Shown: piece by piece, positions 1 to 8,842 of the stretch
Position numbering within the stretch: position 1 is the stretch's first letter
Layout of the letters: each line of letters starts with the position of its first letter
Assembly (NCBI GenBank): GCA_045592865.1
Contig: JAZNVP010000069.1
Location: 1-51,470 of the forward strand
From: Oscillospiraceae bacterium
GTDB lineage: Bacteria; Bacillota; Clostridia; Oscillospirales; JAGBHD01
Direction: 5' to 3'
Length of the DNA: 51,470 bases
Position numbers and translations under genes: made by a program
Notes under the pieces: model-generated
What the model was told of the DNA's origin: nothing
Database searches by the model: none
The model's input: the letters and a program-made list of their open reading frames with translations, nothing else

Positions 1-159
1 CGTTGGCGCTACTGATTGCGGTGATCTATTCAACCAAATCGGAGTTCATAACAGAAATAAAAAGAAGATTTCATATTAGATAAAATATCCTATATACAAA
101 TCAGAAAAAATGTGATAAAATATAAGAGTAAAACAGGTTAAAGAAAAGAGGATTTTTCG

Positions 160-2274
160 GTGAAATATAGATTTAATGAATGGGAAGGTTTTGAAAAAGG
201 AACCTGGATGAAGGAGATAAACGTCAGAAGTTTTATTAAGCATAACTTCACTCCTTACGATGGCAACGAAGATTTTCTTTGTGAGCCCACCGCGGCAACA
301 AAGGATCTTTGGAATCAGGTTTTAGAACTGAATAAAAAGGAACGAGAAGCGGGTGGCGTTCTCGATATGGACACGAAGGTTATTTCCTCTATCGTTTCTC
401 ATGCCCCCGGTTATATCGATAAAGAAAAAGAAACGATCGTCGGTCTGCAGACCGATAAGCCGTTAAAGAGAGCGCTTATGCCTTATGGCGGTATAAGAAT
501 GGCAGAGAAGGCTTGTTCTGAGAACGGATACGAGATCGACGAAACCGTAAAGGAATACTTCACAAAGCATAGAAAGACCCACAACGCAGGTGTTTTTGAC
601 GTTTACACGCCCGAAATGCGTGCCTGCCGTTCGAGTCACATTATAACGGGACTCCCCGATGCTTACGGAAGAGGCCGTATTATAGGTGACTATCGCCGCG
701 TTGCGCTTTACGGTGTTGACAGACTCATTGAAGATAAAATGGCTCAGAAAGAGACTACCCGCTCAACGATGTTTGAGAACATCATAAGAGCGAGAGAGGA
801 ACTCTCGGAGCAGCTTCGTGCGCTCGAGGACCTCAAAACTATGGCGAAAAGCTACGGATTTGATATTTCCCGTCCCGCAAAGGATACAAAGGAAGCAATT
901 CAGTGGACCTATTTCGGATATCTCGCAGCGGTTAAGGAGCAGAACGGTGCGGCAATGTCGCTCGGAAGAACCTCAACCTTCATAGATATCTATGCAGAGC
1001 GAGATCTCAAGAGGGGCGTTTATACCGAAGAAGAGCTGCAGGAGTTTGTTGACCACTTTATAATGAAACTCCGTCTTATAAAGTTCGCAAGAACCCCCGA
1101 GTATAACGCGCTTTTCTCGGGCGATCCCCAGTGGGTTACCGAGTCGATCGGCGGTGTTGCGGTCGATGGAAGACATATGGTTACTAAGATGTCTTACAGA
1201 TACCTTCACACCCTTCATAATCTTGGTGCGGCTCCCGAGCCGAATCTGACGGTGCTCTGGTCGGTAAATCTTCCCGAAAACTTCAAAAGATTTTGCGCGA
1301 AGGTTTCTATCGAGACCTCGTCGGTTCAGTATGAGAACGACGATATTATGCGTTTCCACCACGGTGACGACTATGCTATTGCTTGTTGTGTTTCCTCAAT
1401 GGTAATCGGAAAGGAAATGCAGTTCTTCGGCGCGAGAGCAAACCTTGCAAAGTGCCTCTTATACGCAATAAACGGCGGTGTTGACGAGATAACAATGAAG
1501 CAGGTGGGCCCCGAATACCGCCCGATAACAACGGAGTATCTCGACTATGACGACGTTATGAAGCGTTACGATGCTATGATGCAGTGGCTTACAGAGGTTT
1601 ACGTTAACACTCTGAATATAATTCACTATATGCACGATAAATACTGCTACGAAAAAATTCAGATGGCGCTTCACGACAAGGACGTTACCCGTTGGTTTGC
1701 AACGGGAATTGCAGGTCTTTCGGTTGTTGCCGACTCGCTCTCTGCAATTAAATACGCCAAGGTAAAGCCCATCAGAAACGAGCAGGGCATTGCTGTTGAT
1801 TATGAGGTAGAGGGCGATTTCCCCAAATACGGAAACGACGACGATAGGGTTGACGAGATTGCTTATAACATCGTTCACAGATTTATGGAGCATATCAGAA
1901 AGAACCACACCTATCGCGACAGTATTCCTACCACCTCGATCTTAACCATTACTTCAAACGTTGTTTACGGTAAAAACACCGGTGCAACACCCGACGGAAG
2001 AAAGCAGGGCGAGGCATTCGCACCCGGCGCCAACCCGATGCACAGGAGAGACACAAACGGTGCGGTTGCATCTCTCTCGTCGGTTGCAAAGCTTCCCTTT
2101 ATCGATGCCAAGGACGGTATTTCGAACACCTTCTCGATAATCCCCGGCGCACTCGGAAAGGACAATAGAATTTTCGTTGGAGATATAGATATAGATCTGG
2201 ACTGCACGTCGGGCGGATGTTCATCCCCCACACTTTTTGAAGGTCTGGACGATAATGCGAAAGGAGAAAACTAA
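160..2274 (+). CDS. pflB: Pyruvate formate-lyase (formate C-acetyltransferase) catalytic body, lacking its own C-terminal glycyl-radical domain
   Basis: 704-aa ORF with a GTG start after AAAGAGGA. It has the N-terminal NEWEGF..VRSFI block and the active-site IACCVSS. Homology runs to [11 protein letters not shown], then gives way to an unrelated 36-aa tail ending at TAA 2272-2274. Confidence 0.9.
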   Translation: MKYRFNEWEGFEKGTWMKEINVRSFIKHNFTPYDGNEDFLCEPTAATKDLWNQVLELNKKEREAGGVLDMDTKVISSIVSHAPGYIDKEKETIVGLQTDKPLKRALMPYGGIRMAEKACSENGYEIDETVKEYFTKHRKTHNAGVFDVYTPEMRACRSSHIITGLPDAYGRGRIIGDYRRVALYGVDRLIEDKMAQKETTRSTMFENIIRAREELSEQLRALEDLKTMAKSYGFDISRPAKDTKEAIQWTYFGYLAAVKEQNGAAMSLGRTSTFIDIYAERDLKRGVYTEEELQEFVDHFIMKLRLIKFARTPEYNALFSGDPQWVTESIGGVAVDGRHMVTKMSYRYLHTLHNLGAAPEPNLTVLWSVNLPENFKRFCAKVSIETSSVQYENDDIMRFHHGDDYAIACCVSSMVIGKEMQFFGARANLAKCLLYAINGGVDEITMKQVGPEYRPITTEYLDYDDVMKRYDAMMQWLTEVYVNTLNIIHYMHDKYCYEKIQMALHDKDVTRWFATGIAGLSVVADSLSAIKYAKVKPIRNEQGIAVDYEVEGDFPKYGNDDDRVDEIAYNIVHRFMEHIRKNHTYRDSIPTTSILTITSNVVYGKNTGATPDGRKQGEAFAPGANPMHRRDTNGAVASLSSVAKLPFIDAKDGISNTFSIIPGALGKDNRIFVGDIDIDLDCTSGGCSSPTLFEGLDDNAKGEN

Positions 2275-2516
2275 TGGCAGCAACAAACGAACAGATAGAT
2301 AATCTGGTTTCGCTTCTTGACGGATACTGCGAAAAGGGCGGACACCATCTTAACGTTAACGTTTTCACCAAGGAGACCCTTCTCGATGCACAGAAGCATC
2401 CCGAGAAATATCCTCAGCTCACCGTAAGAGTAAGCGGATATGCCGTTAACTTTATAAAACTCACAAAAGAGCAGCAGGATGAGGTCATCTCGAGAACCTT
2501 CCACGATAAGATATAA
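2274..2516 (+). CDS. Stand-alone glycyl-radical domain peptide (C-terminal piece of PFL, GrcA-like)
   Basis: 80-aa ORF whose ATG overlaps the pflB stop (TAATG), with AAAGGAG 7 nt upstream. Contains [16 protein letters not shown] and the glycyl radical motif [15 protein letters not shown]. Confidence 0.85.
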   Translation: MAATNEQIDNLVSLLDGYCEKGGHHLNVNVFTKETLLDAQKHPEKYPQLTVRVSGYAVNFIKLTKEQQDEVISRTFHDKI

Positions 2517-2525
2517 CAAAAAACG

Positions 2526-2559
2526 GCCGAGATCCCCAAGGGGATTTCGGCTTGATTTT
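2526..2559 (+). terminator. Intrinsic terminator/attenuator between the pfl genes and pflA
   Basis: 12-bp stem GCCGAGATCCCC-AA-GGGGATTTCGGC followed by TTGATTTT. Confidence 0.7.
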
Positions 2560-2572
2560 AAAGGAGAAAACT

Positions 2573-3322
2573 ATGAAAGGGCGCATACATTCTTATGAGA
2601 CCTTCGGCACGGTTGACGGGCCGGGAGTCAGATTCGTTCTGTTTTTGCAGGGCTGTGTAATGCGCTGTCTTTATTGCCACAACCCTGATACCTGGGAGAT
2701 AGACGCAGGGAAATTAGTAACGCCCGAAGAGGTTATCGCGGAGTTTAAGAAAAACAAAGAGTTTTATAAAAGCGGCGGAATAACCGTTACGGGCGGAGAA
2801 CCTCTTCTGCAGATAGACTTTGTAACCGAGCTTTTCTCTCTTGCAAGAAAAGAGGGAATACATACCTGCCTTGATACCTCGGGGATTACCTTTTCTCCGG
2901 AAAGAAAGGAAATTTTTGAGGAGCTTTTAAAACACACGTCGCTTTGTATGCTCGATATCAAGCATATAGACAATGAAAAGCATAAGGCTCTGACAGGGCA
3001 CGGCAACAAAAATATCCTTGAGTTTGCCTTGTTCGTTTCGGAAAAAGGCGTTCCGCTATGGATAAGGCATATAATCTTAGACGGATACACCGACGGGGAA
3101 AAAGACCTTTTGGCTCTCGGCGAGTTTATAGGAACACTCGGAAGCCTTCGGGCAATCGACGTGCTTCCCTATCACACGATGGGGGTCCATAAATACAAGG
3201 AACTCTCAATACCCTATAAATTAGAGGGCGTTTTACCGACAAGCCTTGAAAAAGCGGCAGGCTGCAAGGAGATAATTTTAGAGGGAATAAGAAAAACGAG
3301 AAATAAAAAAAGACCGATTTAA
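2573..3322 (+). CDS. pflA: Pyruvate formate-lyase activating enzyme (radical SAM)
   Basis: ATG at 2573 after AAAGGAG. Has the N-terminal SYETFGTVDGPGVRFVLFLQGC block and the CxxxCxxC cluster CLYCHNPDTW. The TTG at 2552 lies inside the terminator T-tract, so it is unlikely to be the start. Confidence 0.93.
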   Translation: MKGRIHSYETFGTVDGPGVRFVLFLQGCVMRCLYCHNPDTWEIDAGKLVTPEEVIAEFKKNKEFYKSGGITVTGGEPLLQIDFVTELFSLARKEGIHTCLDTSGITFSPERKEIFEELLKHTSLCMLDIKHIDNEKHKALTGHGNKNILEFALFVSEKGVPLWIRHIILDGYTDGEKDLLALGEFIGTLGSLRAIDVLPYHTMGVHKYKELSIPYKLEGVLPTSLEKAAGCKEIILEGIRKTRNKKRPI

Positions 3323-3336
3323 ATCGGTCTTTTTTA
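3304..3336. terminator. Bidirectional intrinsic terminator
   Basis: Perfect palindrome AGACCGATTT/AAATCGGTCT flanked by an A-run and a T-run, between convergent genes. Confidence 0.8.
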
Positions 3337-3675
3337 CTATCTTGCGATCTGCGAACGTTCTGCAACCTTTCTGAGATAGATGCATTTGTTGAGAAGATCA
3401 ATAATAAGTGTGCGATCAACAAGGTTCTGATCGCTTATTACTTTGAGATAAAACTCGACCTCAACGGCGCTCTGAATAGCATTGCAGGTGAAGGAATATA
3501 TTTCTCCCGGCTGTTTAAAAAGTGTTGCCTTATAAAGATTTATACCAATGTTGCAGCAGCTTTTAAGAAGCATTGTTGAAAGGTCCTGATAACCCGAGGT
3601 TCTCAGTTTTTCGCAGGCTTCGAAAGCCGCGTTCGTGAAAATATAAGAGTTTTCAATAACGGTTTTGTTCATCAT
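3337..3675 (-). CDS. Hypothetical protein, possibly of the four-helix-bundle family (23S rRNA IVS protein / Avd-like)
   Basis: 112-aa ORF. MLLKSCCNIGINLYKA and the later FTCNAIQSAVEVEFYLKVI resemble the QLLRSGTSIGANIEEA ... AYKEARETxYWLxLL blocks of that family. The similarity is weak. Confidence 0.45.
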   Translation of the reverse strand: MMNKTVIENSYIFTNAAFEACEKLRTSGYQDLSTMLLKSCCNIGINLYKATLFKQPGEIYSFTCNAIQSAVEVEFYLKVISDQNLVDRTLIIDLLNKCIYLRKVAERSQIAR

Positions 3676-3726
3676 AATAAAGGTCCTCCCTTTGCCAATG
3701 AAGATATTTTATCACGAATATTTGGA

Positions 3727-4308
3727 TTAGTCAATAATTCTGATTTCTTTAATTACAGGCTGATTTTCTGCCTTAACGGTTCCGTTGGAATCGGTAACTG
3801 GGGTGTTTTCGCAGATAGCGTCAACTATCTCTATTCCCTCGGTAACGAAGCCGAAAGCGGCATACTTTCCGTTAAGATGCGCAGAATTTTCGTGAACGAT
3901 GAAAAACTGCGAGGACGCACTGTCGGGGTCGTTGGCACGTGCCATCGAAATAACGCCTCTTACGTGAGAGATGGTGTTGGAAACGCCGTTCTCGTAAAAC
4001 TCGCCCTTAATGGTCTTGTCCGACCCGCCGGTTCCGTTACCCTCGGGGTCGCCGCCCTGAATCATAAAGCCTTCGATTATTCTATGGAAGGTAAGGCCGT
4101 TATAAAAGCCCGATTTTGCGAGGTTAACAAAATTTGCAACGGTTATGGGTGCGGTATCGCCGTCAAGCTCGACCTTGATAACGCCATAGTTTTCAACTTC
4201 GATCTCAGCGTGGTGTTTTCCTGTTAACTTTTCGGGATTTGAATTACAACCTGCGAAAAGCGAAAAACACATAACAATCGCGAGAACAGAAGAAATTATC
4301 CTTTTCAT
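3727..4308 (-). CDS. Peptidyl-prolyl cis-trans isomerase, cyclophilin type, lipoprotein
   Basis: Signal peptide with lipobox LFAGC. Carries the cyclophilin blocks [15 protein letters not shown] and SQFFIV. Confidence 0.9.
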   Translation of the reverse strand: MKRIISSVLAIVMCFSLFAGCNSNPEKLTGKHHAEIEVENYGVIKVELDGDTAPITVANFVNLAKSGFYNGLTFHRIIEGFMIQGGDPEGNGTGGSDKTIKGEFYENGVSNTISHVRGVISMARANDPDSASSQFFIVHENSAHLNGKYAAFGFVTEGIEIVDAICENTPVTDSNGTVKAENQPVIKEIRIID

Positions 4309-4479
4309 TTTTTATATCTCCTTATACTAAACTGAAACCATTATACCAAAAGAAAATCAAAAAAGATAGAACTTTTTATAATATTTAATGAAATTTTTGT
4401 GAATTGGCGGACAAAACTAAATATATATGGTAAAATACGGAATATAAAATAATAAGAAATACCGAAAAGAGATGAAAAA

Positions 4480-7416
4480 ATGTTAAAACTTGAAAACATA
4501 TCCAAGGTTTATAGCATTGGCGATACCACCGTAAAGGCGCTTCAAGAGGTCAATCTCGAATTCAGAAAGAGCGAGTTCGTGTCAGTCCTCGGTCAGTCGG
4601 GCTGCGGTAAAACGACCCTGCTTAATATCATCGGCGGACTGGACGCATATTCGGACGGCGACCTTTATATCAACGGAAAATCAACCAAGGAATATAAGGA
4701 CAGAGACTGGGACGTTTACCGTAACAGAAGAATAGGCTTTGTTTTTCAGAATTACAACCTGATTCCTCATCAGTCGGTTCTTCAGAACGTTGAACTTGCG
4801 CTCACCCTTTCGGGTGTTTCTCCCGCCGAAAGAAAGAGAAGGGCAAAAGAGGCGCTGGGTAAGGTAGGTCTTTCGGATCAGATAAATAAAAAGCCAAATC
4901 AGATGTCGGGCGGTCAGATGCAGAGGGTTGCAATAGCGAGAGCTTTGGTCAACGACCCCGAAATAATTCTTGCCGACGAACCGACGGGAGCGCTCGATAG
5001 CGAAACCAGTGTTCAGGTTATGGAGATATTGAAGGAAATTTCTAAAGACCGCCTTATAATAATGGTAACCCATAACCCCGAACTTGCTGAAAAGTATTCC
5101 TCGAGAATAATAAAGCTTCTCGACGGTAAGGTCATCAGCGACACCGACCCCTATAAAGAGGAAAAGGGGGAAATTAAGCATAAGTCGGAAAAGAAAAAAG
5201 CGATGTCATTTGCAACCGCAACGGGCCTTTCGCTTAATAACCTACTCACCAAAAAGGCAAGAACCTTTTTAACAAGCTTTGCAGGTTCTATAGGAATAAT
5301 CGGAATAGCGCTTATTCTTTCGGTCTCGCAGGGTGTTCAGGCGTATATAGATTCAGTGCAGGAGGATACCCTCTCAACCTACCCGATAACCTTAGAGGCA
5401 GAGAGTGCCGACTACGGCGAAATTCTTAGTACAATTATGGGAGAGGTCTCCTCTTCGGGCGCTCACGAAAACGACGCGGTCTATTCTAACAGCACGATGT
5501 TTAAGTTTCTTAACGCCCTTAGCACAATGAATAAATATGAAAACAACCTTGGTGCATTTAAGGAATATCTTGAGAAAGACGACAGTCCCTTTTCTCCCTA
5601 TATAAGCGGCGTTAGTTATTCTTATGATTTCGACATCAACCTTTACAGTAAGGACTCGAACGACGAAATAATCAAGGCGGATATAATGGAACTCCTCACC
5701 GCCGTTTACGGAGACTCAATGAAGGAGATGCAGTCGACCTCAATGTCGATGATGCCCATGGGTTCGGGAATAAACGTTTTCGAGGAAATGCTTCCCTCGT
5801 TAAGCGGAGAACCGGTAAGCGAACTGCTTCGTGAACAGTATGACGTTGTATACGGTCACTGGCCCGAAAGCTATAACGAAATAGTGCTTGTCGTTAACGA
5901 AAACAACGAAATCGCAGACCTTAGCCTTTATGCTCTGGGACTTAAGACCCGAGAGGATATGATGGAGGCTATGGACGCGTATCTTAAGGGCGAGGAAATC
6001 AAAGCCGAAACAGAAAAATGGAGTTACGAGGAGATTACCAACAGGGAATACAGACTCGTCCTCCCGAGCGACAGATTTAAGTATAACGAGCAAACAGGAG
6101 AGTATCAGGATCTCACCGAAACCGAAACGGGACTTTCTCTCGTTTATGAAAAGGGCATTGTTTTAAAGGTTTCGGGAATTATAAGACCCTCTGAGAACGC
6201 CACCGCAACAATGCTCAAGGGCTCCATCGGTTACACCAAGCTTTTAACCGAGAAGGCGATAGCGGCTTCTGAGAATAATCTGATGGTCAAGGCTCAGCTT
6301 CAGGACGAAACGATAGATATCTTCACCGGACTTCCTTTCAAAACAAACGACTATAAGGAACCCTCGGCGGAAGAAAAAGCTGCCCTTATAACCGAATATT
6401 TCGGCGGCCTTGCGGCAGACGAGAAGGCAAATATTTATACCGATATAATGTCGACCCCCTCTAAAGAATACGTTGAGGGAGCTTTGTCTCAGGCGTTTTC
6501 AAATATGAGCAGAGCCGACATCCAAGCGCAGATAATCGAGGGTATAGCAGCGAGCGGTGAGGTCGATAAGTCCACCGCCGAGGAATATTTTGCCGATATG
6601 TCGGACGAAGACTTTATGAACTTTGCAGAGAGCAGATACCGCGAAATGATCGAGGCGAAATACAGAGAGTCGGTCAAGGCTCAACTCGCGCCTATGTCGA
6701 TAGAAATGCTCTCGGCGCAGTTCGATGCTATGATACCGACCTTCGACGGAGAGAAAAAAGCAAATCTTTATGACCTTTATATGCCGCCGACCGTTTCGGA
6801 AAGCACCCTTAAAGAAAACCTCAAAAAACTCGGAGTTGTTGATCTTGACAGTCCTTCTGCGATAAATATTTACACAAAGACCTTCGAGGATAAGGATTTC
6901 ATAACCGCCGAAATTGATAAATATAACGACGGAACAACCGAGGAAAACGAGATAAGATATACCGACTATATGGGTATTATGATGAGTTCAATAACCACCA
7001 TAATCAACGCCATTTCCTACGTGCTTATCGCCTTTGTTGCGATCTCTCTGGTGGTTTCGTCGATAATGATAGGAATTATAACCTATATCTCGGTGCTCGA
7101 AAGAACCAAAGAGATCGGTATTCTCAGAGCGATCGGTGCTTCCAAAAAGGATATCTCGAGGGTGTTCAACGCCGAAACCTTGATAGTGGGTCTTGCTTCG
7201 GGTGCGATCGGCATCGGAATGACGCTTGTTTTCAACGTGATAATCAATATTATTCTCCACGCCGTTACGGGAATACCCACCCTTAACGCAGTTCTTCCGA
7301 TGGCTGCGGCGGTAATTCTCGTGGTTATCAGTATGCTTCTTACCTTTATCGCGGGACTTATCCCCTCTAAAATAGCGGCAAAGAAAAACCCCGTTGAAGC
7401 ACTCAGAACAGAATAA
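4480..7416 (+). CDS. ABC transporter with fused ATPase and MacB/FtsX-type permease
   Basis: Walker A GQSGCGKTT, signature MSGGQMQRV and Walker B ILADEPTGALD. One TM lies near aa 265-285, followed by an extracytoplasmic region of roughly 560 aa and three C-terminal TMs with an FtsX-like ERTKEIGILRAIGA block. Confidence 0.9.
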   Translation: MLKLENISKVYSIGDTTVKALQEVNLEFRKSEFVSVLGQSGCGKTTLLNIIGGLDAYSDGDLYINGKSTKEYKDRDWDVYRNRRIGFVFQNYNLIPHQSVLQNVELALTLSGVSPAERKRRAKEALGKVGLSDQINKKPNQMSGGQMQRVAIARALVNDPEIILADEPTGALDSETSVQVMEILKEISKDRLIIMVTHNPELAEKYSSRIIKLLDGKVISDTDPYKEEKGEIKHKSEKKKAMSFATATGLSLNNLLTKKARTFLTSFAGSIGIIGIALILSVSQGVQAYIDSVQEDTLSTYPITLEAESADYGEILSTIMGEVSSSGAHENDAVYSNSTMFKFLNALSTMNKYENNLGAFKEYLEKDDSPFSPYISGVSYSYDFDINLYSKDSNDEIIKADIMELLTAVYGDSMKEMQSTSMSMMPMGSGINVFEEMLPSLSGEPVSELLREQYDVVYGHWPESYNEIVLVVNENNEIADLSLYALGLKTREDMMEAMDAYLKGEEIKAETEKWSYEEITNREYRLVLPSDRFKYNEQTGEYQDLTETETGLSLVYEKGIVLKVSGIIRPSENATATMLKGSIGYTKLLTEKAIAASENNLMVKAQLQDETIDIFTGLPFKTNDYKEPSAEEKAALITEYFGGLAADEKANIYTDIMSTPSKEYVEGALSQAFSNMSRADIQAQIIEGIAASGEVDKSTAEEYFADMSDEDFMNFAESRYREMIEAKYRESVKAQLAPMSIEMLSAQFDAMIPTFDGEKKANLYDLYMPPTVSESTLKENLKKLGVVDLDSPSAINIYTKTFEDKDFITAEIDKYNDGTTEENEIRYTDYMGIMMSSITTIINAISYVLIAFVAISLVVSSIMIGIITYISVLERTKEIGILRAIGASKKDISRVFNAETLIVGLASGAIGIGMTLVFNVIINIILHAVTGIPTLNAVLPMAAAVILVVISMLLTFIAGLIPSKIAAKKNPVEALRTE

Positions 7417-7426
7417 AACAGAATAT

Positions 7427-7469
7427 AAAAAGCAAGGGCTTGGATAAAACTCCAAGCCCTTGCTTTTTA
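7427..7469. terminator. Bidirectional intrinsic terminator
   Basis: 14-bp stem AGCAAGGGCTTGGA / TCCAAGCCCTTGCT with flanking A- and T-runs. Confidence 0.8.
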
Positions 7470-7550
7470 TTATTAATTATTTCCTTTATACTGTTTCGTA
7501 AAAAGAATTAAACGGGACGAAGATTCCGGCTAAAGATATCGTTAGTGTGC

Positions 7551-7841
7551 TTAAGAAATTACTTCATAGTCAAAAGGGCAGGATGAATTCTTCCAAGCCT
7601 CTTTGTTTTCCTCAAGCATCTCGATGATCTGTTTAACGGTCGGCTTCAAATCCTCCGAAACACTGTTAGCGCCTATAACGGTTACAAAATCCTTTTCGCA
7701 ATCGCAACTTAACGAGTCCCAAAAAGCATCTAAATTTTCGCCGTAATACTCCGGAAAGCCTAAGTCTTTTTTTATACGCTGATGTAAATCGGTGTAGCTA
7801 TCACAATCGGTCAGATCTAATATTGCGGTTCTTTTATTCAT
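7551..7841 (-). CDS. Barstar-family ribonuclease inhibitor / immunity protein
   Basis: 96 aa. [27 protein letters not shown] closely matches the barstar block [26 protein letters not shown]. Confidence 0.8.
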   Translation of the reverse strand: [96 protein letters not shown]

Positions 7842-7853
7842 TTAATTATCTCC

Positions 7854-8138
7854 TTATACTATTTCGTAGGAAAAGTCGTTGAGATTATGTTTTTTGTTAA
7901 AATCTGTTTTTAGGTCTAATATTCTATGCATTACGGTCAGATCATTCTCAAAACTTTTGGGTAACGTATTTTCACCCCTTATAATAACCTTATCTGCATC
8001 GCATTCGGTTCGTAATAAATCGTGAAAAGCGTTCCAATTTTTCCCATACCACTCAGGAAAACCAAAGGCAATCCTTATTTTTTCGTGCAACGCTTCCAAA
8101 GTGTTGGATCCCGTTAAATCTAATTCAATTATTTTCAT
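7854..8138 (-). CDS. Barstar-family immunity protein (second, divergent paralog)
   Basis: 94 aa. ALHEKIRIAFGFPEWYGKNWNAFHDLL occupies the same position as the barstar signature, and the RBS AAGGAGA lies upstream. Confidence 0.72.
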   Translation of the reverse strand: MKIIELDLTGSNTLEALHEKIRIAFGFPEWYGKNWNAFHDLLRTECDADKVIIRGENTLPKSFENDLTVMHRILDLKTDFNKKHNLNDFSYEIV

Positions 8139-8219
8139 TAAGTGGTTCTCCTTATACTATTTCATAAAAAGTTTTATAGTGATCATAGGTAACAAAGATT
8201 AAACCGACATAACACAGCT

Positions 8220-8471
8220 TTAATTTTTGTCTGTCTCGAAAAGGTCATCGACTGCAACGCCGAGAACCTTTGCAATAGCAAAAATTTCCTTGTCTGTTGC
8301 GATTCGGACTTGCCCTTCTAATTTGGAATAGCTTGTCGGGTTAATATCACAACCTATAATCTGCAATTTTGAAATAAAGTCTTTTTGCTTTATTCCTTTC
8401 TTTTTGCGTATGAGCTCGATGTTTTTACCAACGATATTTGCATCCCCGTAATCTTTTTTGCGTAGTTTCAA
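8220..8471 (-). CDS. XRE-family helix-turn-helix transcriptional regulator
   Basis: 83 aa with a TTG start after AGGGGTG. The HTH_3-like core is GKNIELIRKKKGIKQKDFISKL. Confidence 0.75.
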   Translation of the reverse strand: MKLRKKDYGDANIVGKNIELIRKKKGIKQKDFISKLQIIGCDINPTSYSKLEGQVRIATDKEIFAIAKVLGVAVDDLFETDKN

Positions 8472-8502
8472 CTTAAAGCACCCCTGAAAAATCAGCGTTT
8501 GA

Positions 8503-8724
8503 TTATTTTGCGTTAGGATACCTGGTTTTGCAGTCGGTTAATCCCAAAAGATAATCAACGCTCGTATTATAAAAGTCGGCCAGTTTAATTAAAATAGCGG
8601 TTGGAATATCGTTTTCACCGGTTTCGTATTTTGAATAGCCTGTTTGCGACATTCCAAGAAGCTTTGCCAGTTCGGTTTGATTCATATCTCTGTCTTCTCT
8701 TAAATCTCTAAGCCTGTTATGCAT
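8503..8724 (-). CDS. XRE-family helix-turn-helix transcriptional regulator
   Basis: Classic HTH_3 sequence: LRDLREDRDMNQTELAKLLGMSQTGYSKYETGENDIPTAILIKLADFYNTSVDYLLG. The ATG at 8724 lies 6 nt after GGAGGTG, although the ORF is open to a GTG at 8733. Confidence 0.85.
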   Translation of the reverse strand: MHNRLRDLREDRDMNQTELAKLLGMSQTGYSKYETGENDIPTAILIKLADFYNTSVDYLLGLTDCKTRYPNAK

Positions 8725-8737
8725 TTTTTGCACCTCC

Positions 8738-8812
8738 GATTAAACCTATTGTTTACAATTTTAGTTTAATCTGAATAAGGTTATTGATTTTTAATCTGTT
8801 TCAGGTTATAAT
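8738..8812 (+). promoter_or_regulatory. Divergent promoter/operator region of the XRE pair and the SLOG gene
   Basis: TTGATT (8784-8789), 17 nt, then TATAAT (8807-8812). GATTAAAC (8738-8745) is inverted relative to GTTTAATC (8764-8771), and TTTAATC recurs at 8790-8796 inside the spacer. Confidence 0.5.
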
Positions 8813-8842
8813 TCAAGAAAACAATTTAATGAAGGTGATAAA

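Noticed and set aside
2150-2290. The PFL interruption might be a simple sequencing frameshift, or a programmed bypass of the T4 gene 60 type.
   Set aside because: The two PFL-homologous parts are separated by about 113 nt of non-homologous sequence, not by a 1-2 nt indel. There are no matched take-off and landing codons and no stop codon directly after a take-off site. Instead there is a canonical SD with a TAATG restart. The case is kept as a gene-fission finding.
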